Shown here one piece after another: positions 43,031 through 57,314 of a stretch of 64,000 bases of DNA (positions are counted from its first letter, which is position 1; each line of letters starts with the position of its first letter). The DNA is from the human T2T-CHM13v2.0 reference genome, Homo sapiens. Made by a program: the position numbers and the translations under genes. The DNA is taken from NCBI RefSeq assembly GCF_009914755.1, contig NC_060933.1; one strand, written 5' to 3'. The notes under the pieces are model-generated. The model did not search any database and was not told where the DNA came from. It saw only the letters and a list, made by a program, of their open reading frames with translations.

Positions 43031-45823
43031 GGGGCATTTCTGGGGTGCTGAGCTATGGTATTCCTAGGGCTGGTTGGGCAGGACAGGGAAGCTCGACCCC
43101 TGCAAGTCAGGTGGAGATGTCCCTTGCTCCTTGCACCACCGCACATGCCCCGTGGCCACAGTGAGCCTGAGCAGAGGGTGGGGGCAAGCAGCATGGGACC
43201 TGGCCTGGGAGCTCAGCCAGGAGCCCTGGTTTTGGAGAGGCAGATGAGGTGTTGGCAGCACTGGCGACATGTAGGGCTGCGGGAGCAGTGTGTGCTCTCC
43301 TTCCCACTGTCTCCTGGGAAGGCATTCCAGAAAGGTTTCCTGCAAGAAGGGGAGATTGGAAAACATAGCTCACCTCCTGCTGTGTATTAGCCAAAAACAA
43401 GGTGTGAAGTGACCTCCCAATTATTGGGGATCCCTTTGTCCCTACTTGGGATTAGAAGTCTCCATTGGTGAGGTTTTGCCTGGATGGCCTCAGTACAATT
43501 TGTACAAAACCTAGATCAGTTAGTTTCCTAGCTGTTGCCTTAACCTTCTCACACACGAGGTACCTTCATATTTTTCATAACCTAAATTATCATCGCATAA
43601 ACTGTTTCAGCTCCTACAGCTCTGGACAGGCTGCTTTTCATTTTGGTGGGTCCATCCAATACCTCCACTTGCCCTGTTTTCCTCCAACCAGATCCTTGGC
43701 CTCTTTCACCGTCCTTAGGTAAATGCATGGGAAAATAATTTAAATATTTTTATTCTACTATGGTGGCCAAAGTTTCTCAGGGAGCAGTAAGATGGCTTTT
43801 TAGGATTGGTCTAATCAGATCCTCATTTCTTTTCCCTTCCTAGGTTTTGAAACATGAATCCTTCACTCCTCCTTGCTGTCTTTTGCCTGAGATTAGCCTC
43901 AGCTAGTCTAACACTTGATCACAGTTTAGATCAGTGGAAGGCAAAGCACAAGAGATTATATGGCATGGTTGGTGGCACCTGAAACCATCCAGAGGGATTC
44001 CTGGGAGAATGGTCCTTGGTGTTTGGAGATTATAGCCAAAGAGTAGCTACTAGAGGCCAGCTCTTACCAATAACCTAATGCAATAACCTAATGGCACCAA
44101 TTATGAGTACGATATGGGCATAGGCTCCTGTTGTTTCTTGACTTGGAGAACATCTCCCAGAGGCGTCAAGCCTTCTCTGGCCATGGTTTCTTTTTCACTT
44201 TTGTCTGCAGATTCACTCGGTGAGCATGGGTTGGGTTTTAGTTAGAAATAAAGAGCATCAATTACATATTTGCCTCTAGAATGAAGAAGGCTGGAGGAGA
44301 GCAGTGTGGCAGAACATGAAGATGATTGAGCAGCACAATCAGGAATACAGGGAAGGGAAACACAGCTTCACAATGGCCATGAACGCCTTTGGAGAAATGG
44401 TGAGTGTGCTGTGGACTGCCGAGCTCTGTGCTTCCTCTCCTCGGTTCTTTATTAAAGTAATCTCTTGCTTTTCAACATTTTATTTCCTTTTCCTTGAAGA
44501 CCAGTGAAGAATTCAGGCAGGTGGTGAATGGCTTTCAAAACCAGAAGCACAGGAAGGGGAAAGTGCTCCAGGAACCTCTGCTTCATGACATCCGCAAATC
44601 TGTGGATTGGAGAGAGAAAGGCTACGTGACTCCTGTGAAGGATCAGGTAAGACAGTGTCAGATTCAGACCTCCCATCTCCCCAGGAAAGCCAAGAGGTGA
44701 TCGACCTCTTTGCTTTAGTGGAGTGTAGAACAACTTGCAGTTCATAGTATTCAGATAGATGAGCTGTTGTCAAAGTTTTGCTATTTGCTTTGTGAATGAC
44801 AGCTTTTTTATTCTTTTATCATGGTAAGTGTGCATCTTCTTATGCTTTTAGTGCAACTGGGGCTCTGTAAGGACAGATGTTAGGAAAACTGAGAAACTAG
44901 TTTCACTGAGTGTGCAGACCTGGTGGACTGCTCTAGGCTTCAAGGCAATGTTGGCTGCATTTTTGGAGAACCATTATTTTGCTTCCAGTATGTTGCCGAC
45001 AATGGAGGCCTGGACTCTGAGGAAACCTTTTCATATGAAGAAAAGGTAAGTGGAGCTCTTTATCTTGCTGTCATTCCAGCTCTGCTTTTGGGAAGTGGAA
45101 CGCTTTCAGAGGTAACACACAGTTTTTTCAGAACTCACATTTTAGATGGTAGAATCTATATCTGCAAACTGTCAGTGCTGTCATTATAAATTATTAGCCT
45201 TTGCACAGTTCTATGATTATGTGGTTAACATACAGCTGTTCTTGCTATATGTTAGCAAGAACATATAAGATAGAGAATATCCAAACATAGTAACATTGAG
45301 AATATACAAACTATTTTACATATAATACACATTTCTCCACTGTGAAAAATTTCTTGTGGCTAGTAAGCCTAAGGGTCTCATTCAAGAGACTTGAGCTAAT
45401 GTTTAGTTTCAAGTCAACAAATAGCATTTCATTTCCTGGGAAATCCTAAGTTGCAAACTACTGAGCATTGTGGTTCTAACTCATGTTGTCCAGGAGGAGG
45501 ATGGTGGTAATCAAGTCTCTTCCCCCTTTACTTTTAAAAGGAAAAAGCCTGTAGGTACAATCCCAAGTATTCTGCTACTAATGACACTGGGTACATGCAA
45601 ATACTCCCTGTGGAAGAGAAGGCCCTAATGAAGGCTGTGGCAACTGTGGGGCGCATCTCTGCTGTTGTTTATGGACTTCTTGATTCCTTCTGGTCCTATA
45701 AAAAAAGAAGGTAAGAGTTTTTCTTTGTAGACATTGAGGAAGAAAAATTGAAAACCACCATGATACACAAGCAGGATGGACTATTTGGTACAAAAAATTC
45801 AATGTAAATATTTGGGTTCGTAG

Positions 45824-46564
<741 letters not shown>

Positions 46565-48461
46565 TAAATAACAATTCATAAAGCGTTATGAAGTATTTAT
46601 ATTCATGGGCACATAACCCCATGAATGCAAGTAATTCATAACGCTTTATGAATTGTTATTTATTATATAGCTTAATTTACTTAAGTTCTCTCCAATTGTT
46701 GGATATTTCAAATTGTTCCAAAGATTTATTTACCTCTGTTACTAAATCTGAAAAGAGCCCTTGATTCAAAGATTTCAGTGTTCTGTACCTTAGACATACT
46801 AGAGTGAAGTAACAAGCTTTCCAAGAGTGGTCTTTTATGCTTCTGGGCAAGTTTTTACAAAAGGATTTATGCTCATTTGTATTTCTGCTAGCTTTAGATG
46901 GGAGCCTAAATCCCATCTAGGTATTATTCATCTTAAAGATGTTTTGGAAGATTAGCGTGCCCCGGTATCACTGAAACACCCTTGTTGGGATAATATTGTA
47001 AGATATGTCACTGAAGATTTTAGATAGAATGGTCAGGAAACACAAGAAAGTAAAAGGGCATGTGACAAGTGGAGGGGGGTGCAGGGCGGGGCTGGTCACC
47101 TGAAGTCTTAAAGCAGAGATGGACAGATTAGGGACACAGGGCCATAAACATGACCTGGAGCCATGTCAACACGCTGCCTGTGGTGAGCACTCTTCTATGC
47201 TTTGATGTAGGATTAAGGAACTTCTATACTTCTATGCTCTTCTCAGCCAAACCAGTTCCCATGATCATTGCTTACTCTCTTGTTTCTGTGTGTTGAGCTC
47301 TATATATGTGGGGACACACTGAAATAGGTCAATGGTGGGCATAATTTCTGGCTAAAATGTAAGCTTGCCAACTGGTGGCCCATCTGGGAAACTTTTGTTC
47401 TTCCCCTTCTTCTCCTGCATATTCTCAGAAACATAATAAGCACATCAAAAATCACTTTCTTGGACTGACCATTGTTGTGACGCCCTGGTAAACTGTGCGT
47501 AGAACAGTCATGAGTGAACATTTGCCCTCAAACTCCAGTCTCTATGTCCTCACCTGTTCATAATTTGATGAAAAAGCCATTGATTTGTTATACAAATGCA
47601 GACTCCATAAATGTTTACCAGATAGAACAATTAACCTACCAGCTCTCTGGTTTATAACCAATAATGTCTCCCATTCCCTCCACCTTGTCCAAGAGCACTA
47701 AGCCTGCCACTGAGGTGGCTTGGTTTCCTCCATTAGTGCTTCCAATGAGTAACTTGCTCGTGGCTGTTTTCAAGGATTCTTAGAGGACCTTACCCTTCAT
47801 CCTTCCAGCAGTTTTATCTGTTGCTTCTCAATAATTTTTTAGGTAAAAAAACAAATACAACAAGTAATCATTATTCAAAACAAAAATATAGATAAATAAG
47901 AAAAACGGGGAGAAAACCCCCAAAGACTCACCCAAAATCTCACTGTACCTGTTTTTGTCCACCTGAAACCAGTGGTCAACTGGGAACACACTGCTCACTT
48001 ACGTGTCAAGCATCGCATTTGCCTTGTCGTGTATTATGGCATTTGATCATCAGAATAACCCTCATCCCCATTTTACAGATGAGTACAGTGAGGTTGGAGA
48101 GGTTACGGAGCTTGCCCAAGGGTACAGGGCTAGTCAGTGAGGAAGCCAGGATTTGGTCTCAGGAGGTGGAACTCCAACAAAAGGGAATGCAGTGCTGCAG
48201 GGGTGTATGGGACCCTGGTACTGAGGGCTGACAGTCATTAGGAGAATTGCAGGAGGACCACAGGGAACAGTTTATGCTAAACCTGACCTTCTCCACAGTT
48301 CACAGGATCAGCAACCAAGACACCACACCCCTCCCAAGGCCCCAGTCAGGAGGTCATTCCCCAACACACAGTTCCCAACTCTCATGTCCTGCTTCCATTC
48401 AAAACTTCCTCAAAAGCACTTTCTGTTTTCTGTGACTCTCCATTGAGTTTTACCCAATGAA

Positions 48462-48862
48462 TGAGAGCCCCTTTAAATGATTAGGCCCAGAAAGGCATTT
48501 AAAACGTAACAACAGTCATGTCCCACTCCCCTTGAGCCAAATAATTATCTCTGGAAGACACTTGCTCTGCAGGCTCTAGATTAACTGATGCCAAGTAGCC
48601 ATAAAATGCCACACGATCTATAGTTCCACAATGTGTAGCCAGTCACTAACCAACATTACTTCTGTAAACCAATGAGAATTCCTGACGAACAACTTTTATA
48701 ATTGCTCCCTCTCCTGATTAAACCTTTTGTTTTTCTTTAAAAACTTAGACCCCCCTTTTGTTCCCTTGAGCACTCCCCAAAGAAACTTGGAAGTGTGTCC
48801 CTGGCTGGAGTCCTCAACCTTTCTTTAACTAGATTCTGGCTTTTTGATTATTTCGGATTGGT
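48462..48862 (+). mobile_element. ERV1-class LTR (subfamily unresolved)
   Basis: LTR-like motifs (aaaccaatgagaattcctgac, cttggaagtgtgtccctggctggagtcctcaacctt). Confidence 0.5.
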
Positions 48863-49282
48863 AGGAACCACCACCAGCCCCTTTCTCTAGCAGATTTCCC
48901 CACATCTGAGTTATTTCATGTGGAGCAGGTGCTGGAGCAGGTGGGGTGGAAGGGAGAGGAGAGTATCAGATTCTGACCCCGGCCCTATGCCTACAGACCT
49001 GTGGTGTATATAATGCAAGGGGAGTGATGCATTTTTTAAAATCTTTTTTGTATTCTCTTTACAGGGACCTTTCCCCTCTATAGCGAGGGGTATTGTTTTC
49101 TCACAGACTATGGATTTTAACAACAGGAATGCAAAGAAAAAGAAAGAATCGGTGTTCAGCATTAGACCTCCCAAACAGAATTTCTGACTTAACAATGGTC
49201 CAGTAAGTGAAGATTGAAAAGAGAGGAAAAGGTTTTCTAAATTGCAGGACCCAATCTAAAAAGCTACTGTATGAACCTAGAG

Positions 49283-49618
49283 CAGTGGTCCCCAACCTTT
49301 TTGGCACCAGGGACTGGTTTTGTGGAAGACATTTTTTCCACAGACTGGGGGGATGGTTTCAGGATGAAACTGTTCCACCTCAGATCATCAGGCATTACTG
49401 AGATTCTCCTAAAGAGCACAAAACCTAGATCCCTCCAATGCACAGTTCACAATAGGGTTCATGCTCCTATGAGAATCTAATACTGCAGCTGCTCTGACAG
49501 GAGATGGAGCTAAGGCGGTCATGCTTGCTTGTCTGCCACTCACCTCCTGCTGCATGGCCCAGTTCCTAACAGACCATGGAACAGTACAGGTCCACAGCCC
49601 AGGGGTTGGGGACGTTTG
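49283..49618 (+). mobile_element. MER1B (hAT-Charlie MITE)
   Basis: cagtggtccccaacctttttggcaccaggg...gggttggggacg; exact 8-bp TSD acctagag. Confidence 0.9.
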
Positions 49619-49740
49619 ACCTAGAGGACAATGTCGTCAAGGAATTAATTGTCAATGACTTGGTGGAGTTGGAGGAAGAAAGAAGTGTCTTCCACCATCA
49701 CCTGTAAAATGGGGCATAAAAGAGCCCTCATCTCCTAGGG

Positions 49741-49926
49741 CAGTGGTTCTCAAAGGTGGTTCTCTGACCAGTAGCACCTGTACTATTTGGGAACTTGTTA
49801 GAAAAGCAGATTATGGAACCCTGTCTCAGACCTACTGAGCGAAAAACTCACAGAATGGGCCCTGCAATCTGAGTCTTCAGGAGCCTCTGTGTGATTCTGA
49901 TGCATGCTGAAGTTTGAGAACCACTG
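49741..49926. mobile_element. MER5A (hAT-Charlie) inside a MIR remnant
   Basis: TIRs cagtggttctcaaa / tttgagaaccactg. Confidence 0.88.
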
Positions 49927-50688
49927 CCATAGGTTTGTTGTAAAGATGACATGAAGAGCACATGTGAAATGCTCAAAACAGTGCCTGTACCTAGGAGTTA
50001 TTTAGCTATTCCTATCATCACCATCATCACCATCATGGCAGAGAACTTTTCTAGTAATGCTTTAATTTCCAGGAGTTGCAGGAACTCACAAAGGGAGATG
50101 CCCTTCCTCTGCAGCAACCCCGAGGGCAGGTGCATCTGCAAGCTGAGCCTCTCACAGCACAGAAGCTTCTGTCTTCACCACTCACCAAACTGACACAGAG
50201 ACTGATTTTCACCTAATGTGTATTTTTTAAAAAAATACAGTCATTTGTCACTTAACAACAGGGAAATGTTCTAAGAAATGCATCATCAGGCCATCTCACT
50301 GTTGTGTGACTATCATAGAGTGAACTTACACACATCTAGATGGTAGAGCCTTCTACACATCCACACTAGGTGGTAGAGCCTTCTACACATTCAGGCTAGA
50401 TGGTAGGCCACAAGCCTGTACAGCAAGTGACTGTACTGAAGACTATAGGCAATTGCAACACAATACTGTGCATTTATGTTTTTAGACATACGTAGACATA
50501 GAAAAGGTACAATAAAACACAGTCTAAAAGATAAACAATGATGTACCTGTATTGGGCACTTGCCATGAATGGAACTTGCAGGACTGGAAGATGCCTTGGG
50601 TAAGTCAGTGAGTGAGTGACTTTGAAGTAAATGTGCAGGCCTAGGACATTACTGTACATTACTGTAGACTATATACTGTATACCTAGG

Positions 50689-51177
50689 TGCCGTGACCAG
50701 CTTGGCTGGGGGACCTTAACCGAGTGGCGCTAGAGGAATTAAAGACACACACACAGAAATAGAGAGGTGTGAAGTGGGAAATCAGGGGTCTCACAGCCTT
50801 CAGAGCTGAGAGCCCCGAACAGAGATTGACCCACGTATTTATTAACAGTAAGCCAGTCATTAGCATTGTTTCTACAGACATTAAACTAACTAAAAGTATC
50901 CCTTATGGGAAACAAAGGGATGGGCCGAATTAAAGGAATCGATTGGGCTAGTTAACTGCCGCAGGAGCGTGTCCTTAACGCACAGATCGCTCATGCTATT
51001 GTTTGTGGCTTAAGAATGCCTTTAAGCAGTTTTCCGCCCCGGGCGGGCCAGGTGTTCCTTGCCCTCATTCCGGTAAACCCACAACCTTCCAGTGTGGGCA
51101 TTATGGCCATCATGAACATGTCACAGTGCTGCAGAGATTTTGTTTATGGCCAGATTTTGGGGGGCCTGCTCTCAACA
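50689..51177 (-). mobile_element. MER9-type (HERV-K HML-3) solo LTR
   Basis: TG...CA termini, 6-bp TSD cctagg/cttagg, gtgggaaatcaggggtctcacagccttcagagctgagagcccc motif. Confidence 0.85.
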
Positions 51178-51181
51178 CTTA

Positions 51182-51547
<366 letters not shown>

Positions 51548-52434
51548 TCACTTTTTTCTATTATCTACTTCTAAATTTTTAAAAGTTTTTGACTCTTGTA
51601 ATAACATTTAACTTAATATGCAAAGACACTGCACAGACATACAAAAATTGTTCTCTTTATATTCTTATTCTATTATAGTTTTTCTATTGTTACAATTTTT
51701 AATTTTTATTTCTACTTTTTAAATTTTTTTTAAAAACTGAGACACAAATGCACATTAGCCTGGGCCTATACAGGGTTAGGGTCATCACTATTACCATCTT
51801 CTACCTGCACATCTTACTGAACTGGAAGGGCTTCAAGGGCAGTAACACACAGGGAGCTGTCATCTCCTGTGATAATAATGCCTTCTTCTGGAATCCCTCC
51901 TGAAGGAACCGCCTCAGGTGGTTTTATATCTAAAATTTTCTTTTTACAGGCAGGAGTACACCCTAAAGTAAGAATAAAAAGTCTAGTATAGTAAATACAT
52001 AATCCAACAGCATAGTTGTGCATTATCATTATCAAGTATTATATAGTGTATGCAATTGTATGTGCTAGACTTTTATATGACTGGCAGCACAGTAGGTTTG
52101 TTACACCAGCATCACCACAAATATGTAAGCAGCACTAAACGTTTCCACAGATATGATGCCAGTAGGTGATAGGCAGTTTTTAGCTTCATTATAATCTTAT
52201 GTGACCACCATTGGCCATGATATATGTGGTCTGTCCTTGACTGACATGTCATTATGCAGTGCATGCCTGTATATAGCATTCTTTTGTTGAGATATACTTT
52301 GCATAACGTAGAACTCATCATCTCAAAATATTTGGTGGTTTTTAATGTATTCATTGTCTTATGCAACTATTACCACTATCTAACACCAGAACATTTTCAT
52401 CACCCCAAAAATAAGTCCTGTATTTATTAATCAG

Positions 52435-52852
52435 TGTCTTAGTCTGTTTTCTGTTGCTTACGGCAGAATGTCTAACACCGGGTCATTCCTAACGAAACAA
52501 AATTTATTTCTTACAGCTCTGGAGACTGGAAAGTCCAAGGTCACAGAGGTGCATCTGGTGAGAGCCTTCTTGCTAGTGGGGAATCTCAGCAGAGTCCTGA
52601 GGTGGCACAGGTCATCACATGGTGAAGGGACTGAGTGTGCTAAGATGGTAGCTCAGGTCTTTCTCTTCTTATTAAAATACCAGTTTCATTCCCATGATAA
52701 CCCATTAATCTATTAACCCATGAATGGATTAATCCATTCTTGAGGACAGAGCCCTCATGATCCTATCATCCCTTATATGGCCCATCTCTCAATGCTGCCA
52801 TATGGGGGATTAAGTTTCAACAGGAATTTAGGAGAAAAAATTCAAACTATAG
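52435..52852 (-). mobile_element. MaLR LTR (MLT1A/MST-like) inside an L1M fragment (~52270-53250); provides candidate CTSL3P exon 52517-52610
   Basis: tgtcttagtc...tttatttcttacag...ggaaagtccaagg...gattaagtttcaac...ttcaaactatagc. Confidence 0.8.
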
Positions 52853-55800
52853 CCCACAGTTAGTTCTAATTCCCTCTACCTTCATTTGCATAATCCACTC
52901 TGCTTCTATAGATTTCTTTATTCTGGGCCTTTCATGTGAATGGAATCATAAAATATGTGATCTTTTGTGTCTGGCTGCTTTTATTTAGCATAACGTTTTC
53001 AGGGCTTGTTCATATTATAGCACGCATCAGTACTTCATTCCTTTTTATGACTGAAAATACTGCAGAGCATGAATACACTGTATATATTCCATTGCATGAA
53101 TATTAATCCGTTCATCAATTGATGAACATTTGATTGCTTTCACTTTTCTGGCTATTATGAATAATGTGCTAGGAACACCTGTGCACACATTTTTGCATTA
53201 ACATATGCTTATCAATTTCTTGGGTATAGTCACAGGAGGGGAATTGGTATGTCTGAACATTCATTTCTATTTTACTTCTTTGGCTTTTCTTTTGGATTGT
53301 AGAGGAAGTGAAAATTATTTATGCTTTGTTTCTAATTTGTTATTTTGATTGAGATGGATGAGAGAGTGGAAAATAATATTTTACTGGAAATACTAAGCTT
53401 TGATAACCAAAATTACAGAATATTTGAAAGCTTCTATTTTAAAACCTTTCTACATTACAGTCCTGTCTGCATTAAAAGATTCAGTGGAAAAATGAGAAAC
53501 CAATAGAAGCAACATCAGTATACTTTGATCCAATATACTACCCAACTTATATTGACTTTGGAATGTAGATAATTTCATCCTCATCTTTGGTAAGCATAAA
53601 ATTTGGTGAATGACATACCCTACAATAAAATGTAAATAATTCCAGTAGCCTCATAAGGTTGTGTTAAGAATTAATTGAGATAATATGAGTATTAATATAC
53701 CAGCCATTCCATAAATCCTCTCTCAGAAATGGACATATCCTTGAGAAATGACATTAAATCCAAAGGCACACAAATACTGCAATAAATGCTGTTGACGTTG
53801 AGATACTGTATATTGACCATGTTTATTGTTTGACCATTTCTTCTCATCTAGAATCCTACTGTAATGCACTAGAGAAGTGTTTAACTTGATTCAGGGAAAC
53901 ACCCTCAAACATCATAAACCAAAAGAGCTGATTCCTTCTCATTTGGGAAGGTCGCCTGCCAGGTTTCTTCCATTTCTTAACTTCATTGTCCTCAAAAGCT
54001 TTCTCATCTGGGAATTCCATATGGAACCACGAATGGATTTGAAGTCTTGCAAGAAGGGTAATAGAATTGTCAAATATTCTCCCAATTCCACTAGAGAAGA
54101 GAGGGTAGGGGTGAGGCAGAGGGTCTTGATCAGTTTAGGCCTGATTCATTTGACACTGGCCTAGGAGACCAGGCTTTGAATGATTAAGTTTTGCCCTAAC
54201 CTCCAGCCCTTAGCCAGAGCTGTGGAACTGGGTATTGACCCCATTTCCTCCTTTGCAGTCTCCACTCTGTTCCACCCAGGAATGGGGGATGAAATGTTGG
54301 GGTGAAAAGGGCAGGGAATTTGTGATCGTGGTAGCACCATGGCTGGATTCAGGCAACAGTGTTTTTTCATTCATTCATTCTGAAAAATTTTATTGAGTCT
54401 CTTTAAGTCAGGTCTTGTGCTGAGGAATCAATGATGAACCAACACTGAGACATTCCCTGTGCTGGAGAAGCCTGAATGTGTAGAAGGCTCTACCATCTAG
54501 ATTTGTGTAAGTTCACTCTATGATAGTCACACAACAATGAGATGGCCTAATGATGCATTTCTCAAATTGGGCGGTAGATGGGAATCAATTTCCCCTTTGA
54601 ATGACGTATAAACTTTGCACCTCCTTTCCTCCTCATTGAACTAATGTTCTGGGCAGTTTTTTCATTTATGGGTCCCTGAGTAGTGAGGTTTCTCTGTAGC
54701 CATTCCATCCCCCTAGTAGAGGGAATCTGAGAAAGTGTGGCTACTTCCTCTTCTCCGGATTTCATAAGAAAAAAGAAGTCTTGAAAGGCTTTACATAAAA
54801 GTTCACACATTGTCTCAAAAGACATTTGACCAGGGCTACCTGGTTCCCTTTCATCATCAATGGAACGTGCCCCACTGACGCAGGGGTTTCTGTCCTAATC
54901 AGGAGGGCCCACCATCTGTCACCTGGCTCTGCTCTAGCTCACCCTGTGGTAACCTGGTATCTGGTCTCCATTTCCAAGGAGTCACATCACCGCACTGTGG
55001 AACTGCAGGCCCCAGCACAATGAGTCCTGATGCAGATCTCCAAATCAAGGGCTGATGTTCCCACTCAGGGAGAACAGGTCACCACAAGAATGGTGCAGCT
55101 CTTAGAAGTCTGTAGCTTTTGAAGTGTCAACTCAAACACTATCACCACTCTAGTGTTCTTTCTCAGGAAGCACAACATCCATGTTAACAGAATGAGTGAA
55201 GAATCCATCTTCTGTCTGCCATCAAAAGTTATAGCAAAATGTCTAGGATCATAAGTGGTATCAAGGAATATAAACTCTTCTATTTTACTTATTCACTTGT
55301 ATTTTTTGAGCTATGGTTTTGCTCTTTCATTCAAGCTGGAATGCAGTGGTGCAACCATGCCTCACCACAGCCTCAAACTCCTGGCCTCATGTGATCTTCC
55401 CGCCTTGGCCTCCCAAAGTGCTAGGATTACAGGAGTGAGCTACCGCAAAACTCTTCTATTTTAGATCTAATACTATACCATGGACATCTTTCTTTGTCAA
55501 TACATTTAGAGTTTTCCATTGTTGACCCTATCATAATTCATTTAACAATCTCCTTTTCTCTTCTTGATGAGTATTTCAACTTTTTTATGTTTCATTTACA
55601 AATAATACTGTACTTTATATCTTTGCATGTGTATCTTTATAGAGATGTGCAAATAGTACTATAAAACTAATTTTTTGAAATACATCTACTTGCTGAAAAA
55701 ATGTGATTTCATTGTGTGCTCCTACCTGTAGTGAATTAGCATGTGCATTTCTTCACAACTTACTGATTAACTCATTTTATAGGCAAAATGTGATGGAATT

Positions 55801-56324
55801 TGTTGCTGTAATTTCCATGTCCTTCGCAGGGAGAGTTCTAATTTCAACTTTATTATTATCATTAATTCAAGATATTATTTCTTAACAATGTTAATCATCA
55901 TTGTGATCATTACCACAAATAATAGATGCTAGCAATAGTCAACCTGCATTAAGAAGCCACATCCCATGCACTTTCCACACAGACTTGATTTGATTCCATT
56001 CACTCCTCACAACAACCACGTGAAGAAAGAATCACGAAGCAATTGTATAATTGAAACACAAAAGGAAAGTTACTTGTGTGCCCTTGGTCAAGTAATTTGA
56101 ACAGTCTGTGCTTCTGATCTTCCCATAGAAAAATATAAATAATAATATATTCATTATCTACTACATGCGGATATGTCAGAAATTAAAGAACTGTATATCT
56201 GCAAGGCATTTTATGCCACCTATGCATTGTTCATTGATTATATAGTGTGTCTCATGTTTCAGCGTGCTGGGAAGGATGGATTATAAGACAAAGACTGAGA
56301 AAATGCAGAATTTGGTGCAGGGTT

Positions 56325-57314
56325 TGATGGGGGCCAGCCCCTCCACACTTGTGGGTGTTTCTCGTCAGTTGGGATGAGAGACTGAGAAAAGAAATAAGAC
56401 ACAGAAACAAAGTATAGAGAAAGAAAAGTGGGCCCAACGGACTGGCGCTCAGCATGTGGAGGACCCACGCCAGCACTGGTCTCTGAGTTCCCTCAGTATT
56501 TATTGATCACTATCTCTACCATCTCGGAGAGGGGGATGTGGCAGGACTATAGGGTAATGGTGGGGAGAGGGTCAGCAGGAAAACATGTGAGCAAAGATCT
56601 CTGTGTTACAAATAAGTCTAAGGAAAGGTGCTGTGCCTTGATGTGCACATAGGCCAGGTTTATGTTTGACTTTACACAGACATCTCGGTGCATTAAGGAG
56701 CAGTATTGCCGCCAGCATGTCTCCCCTCCAGCCATAAGGCGGTTTTCTCCTATCTTAGTAAATAGAATGTACGATCGGGTTTTACACCGAGACATTCTAT
56801 CCCCAGGGACGGGCAGGACACAGATGCCTTCCTCTTATCTCAACTGCAAAGAGGCCTTCCTCTTTCACTAATCCTCCTCAGCACAGACCCTTTACGGGTG
56901 TCGGGCTGGGGGATGGTCAGGTCTTTCCCTTCCCACGAGGCCATATCTCAGGCTATCACATGGGGAGAAACCTTGGACAACACCTGGCTTTCCTGGGCAG
57001 AGGTCCCTGTGGTCTTCTGCAGTGTATTGTGTCCCTGGGTACTCAAAATTAGAGAATGGCAATGACTTTTCCCAAGCATACTGCCTTCAAACACATTTTT
57101 AACAAAGCACATCCTGCAGAGCCCTAAATCCATTAAACCTTAAGTCAACACAGCACATGTCTCTGCAATCACAAGGTTGGGGCTAGGGTTACAGATTAAA
57201 CAGCATCTCAAGGCAGAAGAATTTCTCTTAGCACAGAACAAAATGGAGTTTCTTATATCTACTTCTTTCTACATAGACACAGTAACAGTCTGATCTCTCT
57301 TTCTTTTCCCAACA
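56325..57314 (-). mobile_element. HERV-K (HML-2) solo LTR, LTR5B-like
   Basis: ~990 nt, TG...CA, 5-bp TSD gggtt, LTR5 motifs (cagaccctttacgggtgtcgggctggggg); empty site present in left arm ~36685-36695. Confidence 0.9.

Noticed and set aside
50335-50406. ~30-bp tandem duplication (ctagatggtagagccttctacacat)
   Set aside because: Local slippage inside the Tigger3 element; no further structure.
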